Shown here in pieces: positions 53,501-60,563 of a stretch of DNA of 64,000 bases. The notes below the pieces were generated by a model. That model ran no database searches. It was not told the origin of the DNA and saw only the letters and a list, made by a program, of their open reading frames with translations. Origin of the DNA: Actinomycetes bacterium (lineage in GTDB: Bacteria; Actinomycetota; Acidimicrobiia; Acidimicrobiales; Bog-793); the NCBI GenBank assembly GCA_021818615.1, contig JAKATT010000136.1, forward strand, positions 37,981-101,980. The letters are read 5' to 3'. The position numbers were made by a program, and so were the translations under genes. Position 1 is the stretch's first letter. Each line of letters begins with the position of its first letter.

Positions 53501-55081
53501 GTGCGGAGTCGCCCACACCGCCGCCGAGGCGGCAGGCGTGGCATACCGGGCGTGCGGCTCGGTGCTGGCGGGGTGGTAGGGATTCCCGTCCAACTTCTGA
53601 AGGACGCCCCCGAAGACCTCGGCGGCGAGGCCACAGTCGCTCCCGCACTGCTTGCAGACGCTGTAGATGGTGCTCACGCCGGTGAGGGTCGCCGGGCGGT
53701 CCGGGTAGACGAAGGTGCCCCTGCGATGGAAGAGGTCGCCCACCCATGGCGCCGCACCCCAGCTGGCGGCGGCAACGCCGCCGCTCACCATCCCGGTACG
53801 GGCGAGGAAAGCCCTGCGGCCAAAACGTGCCCGGCCGTCCGCCGCCGGCTCGAGGCGATGAGATGACGGAGCGGAAGGAGTGCCCACCGGTGCAGGCAAG
53901 AGCGTGCCGGCAGGCTCCGTGTCCCGAGCAGCCGCCTCGCGCCAGGGCAACAGCCAGGAGAAGAAGAGGAACAGCAAGACGGCGATGGCGAAGACCCCGA
54001 GCACCGTCTGGACGGAGTCGAAGCCGGTGAGCGGCACCGACATGTGGACGATGCTCGAGGAGACCTTCGACTCCATTTGCCCGCCGAGCACGACGTTGTA
54101 GCGCATCGCGTAGACCCCGACCACGACGCAGAGGGCGATGGCGGCTCCCCCGAGCACGGAACGCCTGACCGGCCGGACGAGGAATAGGAGCAGCGGCAGC
54201 ACGATCCCCACTCCGAGCTGGAGGCCGAGGTAGCTGAAGGCGTGCGGTCCGTGCAGGAAGACCGAGCTCACGCCCTCGCTCACCGGTCCCTGCGTGTAGG
54301 CGGAGACGCCACTCGTGACGAGGTCGACGACGTCCAAGAAGCCGTCGAGGGCGAGGAAGCCCACCAGCCAGAAAAGGAGCGTCCGGGTCAGCTCACGGTC
54401 GCACTGATCGCGGTAGAAGCGTCCCGTGAGCCCGTAGACGAGATACATGAAGGCCATCCCGGAGACGACCGCCGAGACGATGAAGAGCACGGGCATGAGC
54501 GCCGTCGACCAGATCGCCCGTGCCTTCACCGCCCCGAAGACGAAACCGATGTAGCCGTGGAACAAGAAGGCGAGCAGGATGCCGATCGCCGAGAGGCCGA
54601 CGAGCACCTTGGCGTCTCGCCGCTCGGCCCGCTCGCTCAGGTCGCTGCTCCCGAGAGCGAGCAGCGAGGAGAGCCGCGCCCGCCAACCGGTCCCGCCGGC
54701 GCGCATGACGTTCTTGCGCCGAAAGGCGAAGTAGGTCTCGACGGTCATGAGCACGACGTAGCTCAGCCAGATCAAGGTGAAATCGCCGAGCGGCGACCAA
54801 GGGATGTGCGGGCGGGTGAAGAGCTCGAAGGCGTTGACGGGTTGGCGGGCGTCGGCGAGCACGGTCACGGGGGCGGCGAGAAGGAGGGAGAAGCTGACGA
54901 TGAGGGCGAGAGGGGCGAGCCTTGCGAGGCGATGCACCTTGAAAACGTGGCTGAGCGAGGCGACAACGAACGAGCCGGCGACGAGGCCGGAGATGAACGG
55001 GTAGGTGGCGATGAGCAGTCCCCAGTAGACGTTCTCGAGGGCACCTCCTCGAAGGCCCGGGTCGAGCGCGAGCATTCTCAT
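50525..55081 (-). CDS. Fused NrfD-type membrane anchor + internal Tat motif + bis-MGD molybdopterin oxidoreductase catalytic subunit (TtrC-TtrA-like fusion), 1518 aa
   Basis: ATG 55081 (GGAGGGG upstream). Residues 1-380: nine hydrophobic segments of NrfD/PsrC type. Residues 421-447: GRRAFLARTGMVSGGVAAASWGAAPW. Then FS0 motif CKQCGSDC..C, GNPYHP, ALAMGMIRSI, and ~1090 residues to ..AVERI. No stop anywhere in the frame. Confidence 0.8.
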   Translation of the reverse strand: MRMLALDPGLRGGALENVYWGLLIATYPFISGLVAGSFVVASLSHVFKVHRLARLAPLALIVSFSLLLAAPVTVLADARQPVNAFELFTRPHIPWSPLGDFTLIWLSYVVLMTVETYFAFRRKNVMRAGGTGWRARLSSLLALGSSDLSERAERRDAKVLVGLSAIGILLAFLFHGYIGFVFGAVKARAIWSTALMPVLFIVSAVVSGMAFMYLVYGLTGRFYRDQCDRELTRTLLFWLVGFLALDGFLDVVDLVTSGVSAYTQGPVSEGVSSVFLHGPHAFSYLGLQLGVGIVLPLLLFLVRPVRRSVLGGAAIALCVVVGVYAMRYNVVLGGQMESKVSSSIVHMSVPLTGFDSVQTVLGVFAIAVLLFLFFSWLLPWREAAARDTEPAGTLLPAPVGTPSAPSSHRLEPAADGRARFGRRAFLARTGMVSGGVAAASWGAAPWVGDLFHRRGTFVYPDRPATLTGVSTIYSVCKQCGSDCGLAAEVFGGVLQKLDGNPYHPASTEPHARYATPAASAAVWATPHSLCNRGQAGRQTVYDPYRLTLPLKRSGPRGSGRFEAVSWEQLVDEVVAGGTLFSAVAGEERRQVEGFAGLYDHGRGRYRPIDPADPGLGPETNGLVVFYGMAENGQTDLLSRFASSFGTVNLEAADAVCDLPRMKATMLSLDGMTDPLKPDLANAQYVIFFGLNPTTGGFPMQALGRKVAEASASRSLRFVVVDVRANNSSMYADRCVYVRPGGDGALAMGMIRSIIEQAAYDAAYLSCPSQEAAAKAGMPSFTNATWLVVSDPQHPRYGSFLTPAEAGLSPEKMGGGGGSSMGLASGSGQAGVVIDPSTRVPVPATGARSGELWPAGALDTNTTVVNGVRCATGFQLLYGEARALSLEQYATQAGVPPELIATLAAEFTSYGRQAVADYGRGPAMHTNGFYACRAVMTLNFLVGSLDWMGGYVVGGGTADYAGGSSGAPYALGSWPGQPANVPAGVPISRSGVAYETSGEYAAKVKAGVNPYPARRPWFPFGGGQWPEMFAGIREGYPYGAKIVLSHAANPAWSAPAIGGCDDPALPFQRLITDLDRVPLFIATDIVMSETAVFADYVVPDTTFLESWEFPGVWPVVPTKAQGVRQPVIEPLTGHTASGYPMCMEQFLIDVAKALGLPGFGEHAFAEGGSLDTREDYYLKMVANVAYDPTFQAWRDGALHNLGPVPNASRAELAAVAPLIATRRRAIRSSEWPKVAYVLARGGRFEDYEVAYLPSTGSSSRLGRIVQNLVLDTGLEHYARATNQISPAEVRASFLSAVRLPANPATGPAWMTYRYGQGGLPCQLYNPDVATTRNSLSGERFCGTARFAPMTDLAGRSFEQLDPASRFPFVLSTHKSTILSHSQCIVDPWLTELMPEGFIDMCPSDAARRGFEAGDLVRVYSATLPRERAPVGRLRLLPGVRPGVVAFPHGYGHWQSGAASTTIDGSAVGGDATRGTAVRLNSVIRLDTSLAGADGWTVGCMDAVTGGQAYFETRVAVERI

Positions 55082-55086
55082 GTCGC

Positions 55087-56157
55087 TCACTCCCCTCCGA
55101 GGGGTGTCTGCAGGACCATCTGGCCGCTGAGCTCGGCGTACTGATCGGTGTTGGTGCCGACGGCGTAGGGGTAAACGGTGTCGAAGGCGGTGGCGGCGCT
55201 CACGAGCTCGCCGTTCAGGTTGATGTAGAAGATCTGCGGATCCGTCCCCTCCTCGGGAAGGAGCGTGATCGTCGGGTACTGGGCAAGGAGCTGGGAGGCG
55301 GCGCTCTGCGGGTCGTTGAGGTCGCCGAAGACCCGCGCCCTTCCGACGCACGAGGTGACGCAGGCAGGGAGGAGTCCCCGGTCGAGGCGTTGCACGCAGA
55401 AAGTGCACTTGTCCGCCGTCTCCTGCACGCTGTGGAAATATCGGGCGTCGTACGGGCAGGCCTGGATGCAGATCCCACAGCCGATGCACTTCGTGTAGTC
55501 GACAAGGACCGGGCCATCCCCGCGCTTGAAGGTGGCCTGCACCGGGCAAACGATGACGCAGGGCGGGTTGTCGCAGTGGTTGCAAAGTCGGGGGAGCGCC
55601 CACCGCTTCACCGTCGGCGTGAAGCGCCCGTCTTCGGTGACGATGGAGCCCGACGGATCCCGGACCATCGTGCCGAGCTCGACCACCTCCACCCAGGTGC
55701 GGTAGTTGCCCGGCGGCACGTTGTTCTCGCTCTTGCAGGCGACCACGCAGGCCTGGCAACCGATGCAGCGGCGCAGGTCGATGACCATCCCCCAGTGGTG
55801 CGATGCGGCGGACTCGTCGGGGAAGGCCTCGTAGTAGGCGGGCTGGTCGCGCGAGTTGAGGATGGTGGGCACCCAGGCGCCCGGCCGGCTCCAACCGTCT
55901 GGCCGGGCGTTCAGCTCGTCGACCGTCCAGCTCGCCCAGCGGGGCTTGAGCGCGAGCACCTTGGAGAGGGGAAGGCGGCCCTTCAGGCGGGTCGGAAGGA
56001 GCGCTGCGGCGGTCCGTCCGGCCCGCAAGCGGGTGACGACGCCCCCGGACGCGGCAGCGACCGTCATCCCGAGCGCAGCTGTGAGAGCCTGGCGGCGCGT
56101 GAACGCGACCCGCTCGCCGGTTGCTCGGGAGTCGTCCGGTCTCGATCTCGCCCCCAT
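55087..56157 (-). CDS. Tat-targeted 4Fe-4S ferredoxin subunit (TtrB/PsrB/NrfC-like)
   Basis: Tat signal FTRRQALTAALGMTVAAASGG. Cys clusters: CIGCQACVVACKSEN, CNHCDNPPCVIVCP, CIGCGICIQACPYDA, CTFCVQR..ACVTSC. About 90-residue insert between the signal and the first cluster. Confidence 0.9.
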   Translation of the reverse strand: MGARSRPDDSRATGERVAFTRRQALTAALGMTVAAASGGVVTRLRAGRTAAALLPTRLKGRLPLSKVLALKPRWASWTVDELNARPDGWSRPGAWVPTILNSRDQPAYYEAFPDESAASHHWGMVIDLRRCIGCQACVVACKSENNVPPGNYRTWVEVVELGTMVRDPSGSIVTEDGRFTPTVKRWALPRLCNHCDNPPCVIVCPVQATFKRGDGPVLVDYTKCIGCGICIQACPYDARYFHSVQETADKCTFCVQRLDRGLLPACVTSCVGRARVFGDLNDPQSAASQLLAQYPTITLLPEEGTDPQIFYINLNGELVSAATAFDTVYPYAVGTNTDQYAELSGQMVLQTPLGGE

Positions 56158-56238
56158 CGGCTCTCATGCTCCGCCGTCCCGGCAGTCCCCACATCGGCGA
56201 AGCCGCTTACATCGGCCGGTAATCCCGCCTAGGCGATC

Positions 56239-56250
56239 TCGCGTACGCGA
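56239..56250. promoter_or_regulatory. Perfect 12-bp palindrome TCGCGTACGCGA in the divergent ttrB-like / response-regulator intergenic region
   Basis: Read directly. The 140-bp divergent promoter region makes it a candidate dimeric regulator site. Confidence 0.3.
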
Positions 56251-56297
56251 CAGTGCGACGCCGTCGGCCCGGATGGCGATGCACAATGTGAGCAGCC

Positions 56298-56927
56298 ATG
56301 TCGCCCCGCCCGATCCGCGTCATTGTCGTCGACGACCACCAGGTCGTGCGGGAGGGGACACGGCGGATCCTCGAGGCGGCGGGTTTCGAAGTTGTCGCCG
56401 AGGCTGCCACGGCCGCCGAGGCCGTCACGGCGGTCGCCGCCGGTTCCCCTGACGTCGTCCTCGCCGACGTCAGGCTGCCGGGCATGACCGGCATCGATCT
56501 CACCGCCCTCTTGAAGGACAGGCATCCGGCGATCAAGGTGCTGATCCTCTCGTCGTACGCGAACCCGGCTTACGCTCGAGCGGCGCTCAAGGCGGGTGCT
56601 GCCGGCTATCTGGTCAAGACCGCCTCCGACGACGAGCTCGTGGGCGCCGTAAGGTCGGCGTCGCTCGGTACGGGGGTGCTCGACTCGGGCGTCTTGTCGG
56701 AGCTCATCTCGGAGACGGGCGGCGACTTCCAGATGCTCACGGGCCGGGAGCGCGACGTGGTCGAGCTCGTCGTCGCAGGGCTCCCGAACAAGGGGATCGC
56801 CGCCCGCCTCGAGGTGAGCCCGCGGACGGTCGATGCCCACCTTGCGCACCTGTTCACCAAGCTCTCCGTCTCGTCACGGGCCGAGCTCGTGGCGTGGGCA
56901 GCCCGCCATGGGATGTTGGGGGAGTGA
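56298..56927 (+). CDS. NarL/LuxR-family response regulator
   Basis: IRVIVVDDHQVVREG..DVVLADVRLPGMTG receiver domain. LuxR HTH: LTGRERDVVELVVAGLPNKGIAARLEVSPRTVDAHLAHLFTKL. Confidence 0.9.
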   Translation: MSPRPIRVIVVDDHQVVREGTRRILEAAGFEVVAEAATAAEAVTAVAAGSPDVVLADVRLPGMTGIDLTALLKDRHPAIKVLILSSYANPAYARAALKAGAAGYLVKTASDDELVGAVRSASLGTGVLDSGVLSELISETGGDFQMLTGRERDVVELVVAGLPNKGIAARLEVSPRTVDAHLAHLFTKLSVSSRAELVAWAARHGMLGE

Positions 56928-58288
56928 CCGGAAAGGTGCCCTCGGAGCGGCCCGGGAAGGGACTCGGCGCCTATCTGCCGCCGATCCACGACCGGCGCTT
57001 CTGGTTCACCCAAGGGCTGGTTCTCGTGGTGTCCATCGCCCATGCGGTCGTCCACATAGCGGTCGGCGGGTTGCCCGACGTGCTCGTCCTGATCCTGTAC
57101 ACGTTCCCGGTGATCTATGCGGCTCTCGAGTTCGGCTTCCGGGGCTCGGTCGCGACGACGGCGCTCATAGTGGTGCTCTCGCTGCCCTTCGTCATCCACG
57201 ACGCCCTGTCGGGCGTCGGCTCGGATTTCGTAGGGCACCTCGTCGAGCTCGCCATCCTCGTCGTGGTCGCTCCGGTCGTGGGGCGGGTGGTCGAATCGGA
57301 GCGAGCCGCCCGCCGGGCGCACGAGGTGGCGGAGATCCGGTACCGGGCGCTCTTCGAGGCGAGCGGCGTGCCAGCCCTTGTCCTCGACGAACAGGGATGT
57401 ATCCAGGAGGCCAACCCTGCCGCCGCATCGTTGCTGCAGGGCGAGCTGCAGGGCAGGCACCTGAGCCAGGTGCTCGGCATGGCGGCCGCGGACGCGATCC
57501 TCGGAGGCGACCCGCCGCAACGACTCGACGTCTCCTCGGGCCTGGCGTTGCGGCCCATAGTCTCGGCTGCCGTGGGCGAGGCGGGTGAGCGCCTCGCCCA
57601 GGTCCTGTTCCAGGACGTCACGGAGGAGACCGCCGGCAGCCGGAGGACTCGGGCCTTCGCCCTTGCCGTCCTCGTCGCCCAAGAAGACGAGCGCCGGCGT
57701 ATCGCTCAGGAGCTCCACGACGAAGCGTTACAGCTCGTGGTCGAGCTCCGTCGCCGCGTCGAGCGAGTCGTGCGGTCCAGCCCACCCGACTGCGCCGGAG
57801 GCGAAGAGCTGCTCGCGGCGCGTTCGCTCGCCGACGCCGTGATCGAGGAGCTCAGGACCGTCGCCGTCCGTCTCCGCCCGCCCGACCTCGCCGATCTCGG
57901 TCTCACAGCCTCACTCGAGCGGCTCGTTGCCGAGGCCCGCCGCCGGGGCACTCCGGCCGAGATCGAGGTCGAAGGCCGCGAGCCCGCCCTCCCGCCGGAC
58001 TTCGCTCTCTCGCTCTACCGGGTAGCCCAGGAGGCGCTCACGAATGCTGAGCACCACGCCCGGGCCCAGCACGTCGGCTTGCGGCTCGACTTCTCGGACT
58101 CGAGCGCTGTCCTTGTCGTCGAGGACGACGGGGTCGGGTTCGTGGTGGGCGATGCCGCGGCGAGCGAGGCGAACGCCCATCTGGGACTGCTCGGGATGCG
58201 CGAGCGGTTGCAGCTCGTTGGCGGGACCCTCGAGATCACCTCTGCGGTCGGCGAGGGAACGACCGTTGCCGCGGCCGTGCGCCTCTAG
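56894..58288 (+). CDS. Membrane sensor histidine kinase (HisKA_3/NarX-type) with PAS-like domain
   Basis: Four N-terminal hydrophobic segments; PAS-like YRALFEASGVPALVLDEQGCIQEANPAA; H-box EDERRRIAQELHDEALQ; HATPase VEDDGVGF..GLLGMRERL. GTG 56924 (GTGA with the regulator stop) is an alternative start. Confidence 0.85.
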   Translation: MGSPPWDVGGVTGKVPSERPGKGLGAYLPPIHDRRFWFTQGLVLVVSIAHAVVHIAVGGLPDVLVLILYTFPVIYAALEFGFRGSVATTALIVVLSLPFVIHDALSGVGSDFVGHLVELAILVVVAPVVGRVVESERAARRAHEVAEIRYRALFEASGVPALVLDEQGCIQEANPAAASLLQGELQGRHLSQVLGMAAADAILGGDPPQRLDVSSGLALRPIVSAAVGEAGERLAQVLFQDVTEETAGSRRTRAFALAVLVAQEDERRRIAQELHDEALQLVVELRRRVERVVRSSPPDCAGGEELLAARSLADAVIEELRTVAVRLRPPDLADLGLTASLERLVAEARRRGTPAEIEVEGREPALPPDFALSLYRVAQEALTNAEHHARAQHVGLRLDFSDSSAVLVVEDDGVGFVVGDAAASEANAHLGLLGMRERLQLVGGTLEITSAVGEGTTVAAAVRL

Positions 58289-58779
58289 CCCGATCCGGTC
58301 GGCTCACCGGCGGCATAGCGTCCGTGCAGGCTCTCCGCCCCCAGGAACGATACCCCTCCCCCTCCCACGCCGCCACCACGCTCCAGCAGGTGAGGCGCGC
58401 CGACCACCGGGCCAGCTCCGCAAGACGGCCCTCCCCGTACAAGGCCCGGGCACCTCGTAGACGCCGAGGCGGCGCTCGGCGCCCGGGAGATGGGGCTAAC
58501 GCCAACTCTCGCGTCTGTGGGTAGTGCACCTCAGGGCTGATCCTCGGCGGCGGTCAGAGTAGAAGATCCCCTTGCTGTACAAGGCCAAACTGGTCGTGTC
58601 TCTACCGATGCATCGGGTCGTTGTGGGGTCGATCTCGCTGTACGTTGGGTCCCGCCTAGCGGAGTGAAGATGAGGTCAAGCCGCTTTGGGGTCAGCCCGG
58701 AAGGCCGATAGTCACGGGCATGTAAGACCAACTGGCGAGGATGCCTGACTTCGGTCGTCATAGCTTGTGAAGTAATGGC

Positions 58780-60459
58780 ATGAATCGTACAGCGAACCAT
58801 ACCCCAGTCAGAGGACGGGCGGCCCGCCCCGGCGGCGAGTTCTTCGCCCGCCCGGCCGGGCCCAACCACCGTCGCTTCGAGGCCCTACGTGCGTACCTGT
58901 GGGAGGGGGCCAGCGGCGAGGAGGCCGCGGCGAGGGCCGGCTACTCGTTGGAGACGCTGCGATCGGTGGTGCGGGACTTCCGCGCCGGCAAGACCGGGTT
59001 CTTCATCGACCCGCGGCCCGGGCCGAGGCGTGCCCCGGCCAAGAACGCGGCGCGTGAGCGCATCATCGAGCTGCGCCGTGCCGGCCACTCGGCCACGGAG
59101 ATCTCCGAGGCGCTTCTCGGCACCTCGACCCCGCTCAACCGCACCGGGGTCGCCGAGGTGCTGGCCGAGGCCGGGTTCCCCCGCCTACCGGTACGACCGC
59201 CCGCCGAGCGTGGCGCCCCCTACCGCTACCACCCCCGCCGGGCCGCCCGCATTGTGTTCGGCGAGCTGGCGCCACGGGCCGAGACCAAGGTTGGCGGGCT
59301 GCTGGCCGTCGTCCCCGAGCTCGTCGCGCTCGACCTGCCCGGCCTCATCAGAGCCGCCGGCTACCCCGGCACATCGGTCATCCCGGCCACGAGCTACCTG
59401 CTGTCGCTGCTCGCCTTGAAGCTGGTCGGGGTCGCTCGGGTCTCCCACGTCGAGGACCTGGCCGCCGATGTCGGAGCCGGGCTGTTCGCCGGGCTGGTGG
59501 CCCTTCCCAAGGCCACCGCGCTCACCACCTACTCCTACCGGCTCGACCACTCCCACCAGGCCGCATTCCTCGCCGCGCTCGGCAAGGCGATGCTCGCAGC
59601 CGACCTCGTCTCGGACGCCTCCGGCGACCTCGACTTGGACTTCCGCGCCATCATGCACTGGGGCGAGGACGTGGTCCTGGAGAAGCACTACGTCCCCCGC
59701 CGCTCCCAGCGCACCCGCTCGGTGCTGAGCTTCTTCGCCCAAGACGGCGCCAGCCAGACCCTCGTGTATGCCAACGCCGACCTCACCAAGGACACCCAGG
59801 CCCGCGAGGTGCTCGTCTTCGCCGAGCTCGACGCCAAAGGCATCAACTTCCTCACCCTCCGCATGCGCTCACCGTCGCTCCTCCGCCACATCGCCTCCCT
59901 GCCCCCATCGGCGTGGCGGACCGTGGCTCTCGATCGCGACGGCAACTACCGCCGCCCGAAAGTCGTCGACGAACAAGTCAGCATCTCCGCCTACCCCGGC
60001 ACCGTGCGCCAGCTCGTCGTCACCGGCCTCGGTCGCGACGCCGCGACGGTCATCATCACCAACGACCGCGTCGCCACCGCCAAGCAGCTCATCGAGCGCT
60101 ACGCCCGGCGGATGAACATCGAGCAGCACTTGGCCGAATCGATCCGCTCGTTCCACCTCGACGCCCTAGCCGGCTCCGTGCCGCTCAACGTCGACCCAGA
60201 CGTCGCGCTATCGGTGCTCGCCGGCGCGGTGCGCGCGTCGTTGCGCCGCCGGCTCACCGGCTACCACCACGCCACCCCAGACACCCTCCAACGCCGGTTC
60301 CTGTCCACAGGAGGCCTCATCGTCGACAACGGTGACTCCGTCCTCGTCCAACTCAAACGGCGCACCTACTCCCCGGTGCTTCGCCAGGCCGACATCCCCG
60401 AGGTCGCAGTCCCCTGGTGGGGGGGACGCACCCTCCGCTTCGAATACGACCGGCGATAG
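58780..60459 (+). CDS. Putative transposase (family not assigned)
   Basis: N-terminal HTH-like (AAARAGYSLETLRSVVRDF, IIELRRAGHSATEISEAL); LDFRAIMHWGEDVVLEKHYVPRRSQRTRSV; IERYARRMNIEQHLAESI. Flanked by other IS debris. Intactness not verifiable by eye. Confidence 0.6.
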   Translation: MNRTANHTPVRGRAARPGGEFFARPAGPNHRRFEALRAYLWEGASGEEAAARAGYSLETLRSVVRDFRAGKTGFFIDPRPGPRRAPAKNAARERIIELRRAGHSATEISEALLGTSTPLNRTGVAEVLAEAGFPRLPVRPPAERGAPYRYHPRRAARIVFGELAPRAETKVGGLLAVVPELVALDLPGLIRAAGYPGTSVIPATSYLLSLLALKLVGVARVSHVEDLAADVGAGLFAGLVALPKATALTTYSYRLDHSHQAAFLAALGKAMLAADLVSDASGDLDLDFRAIMHWGEDVVLEKHYVPRRSQRTRSVLSFFAQDGASQTLVYANADLTKDTQAREVLVFAELDAKGINFLTLRMRSPSLLRHIASLPPSAWRTVALDRDGNYRRPKVVDEQVSISAYPGTVRQLVVTGLGRDAATVIITNDRVATAKQLIERYARRMNIEQHLAESIRSFHLDALAGSVPLNVDPDVALSVLAGAVRASLRRRLTGYHHATPDTLQRRFLSTGGLIVDNGDSVLVQLKRRTYSPVLRQADIPEVAVPWWGGRTLRFEYDRR

Positions 60460-60563
60460 AGCCTGTTGCACGAACCCCTGAGGCGATCTGCAAAGGCCCT
60501 GGTAGCGCGCGGGAGGTCCACCACCCGAACAGGGCCAGTTGCGACGATGGCGTCGTGGCCTAA

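Noticed and set aside
55082-56194. N-terminal 371 codons of the 1,889-aa track ORF (50525..56194)
   Set aside because: This stretch is an out-of-frame shadow of the FeS-subunit gene (55087..56157). That gene has a Tat signal and four canonical Cys clusters. The recognisable NrfD sequence begins only at ATG 55081, behind a GGAGGGG site.
58531-58869. 112-aa minus-strand ORF upstream of / overlapping the transposase start
   Set aside because: It has no motifs and no RBS, and it overlaps the 5' end of the 58780 transposase gene. It probably lies within IS terminal sequence.
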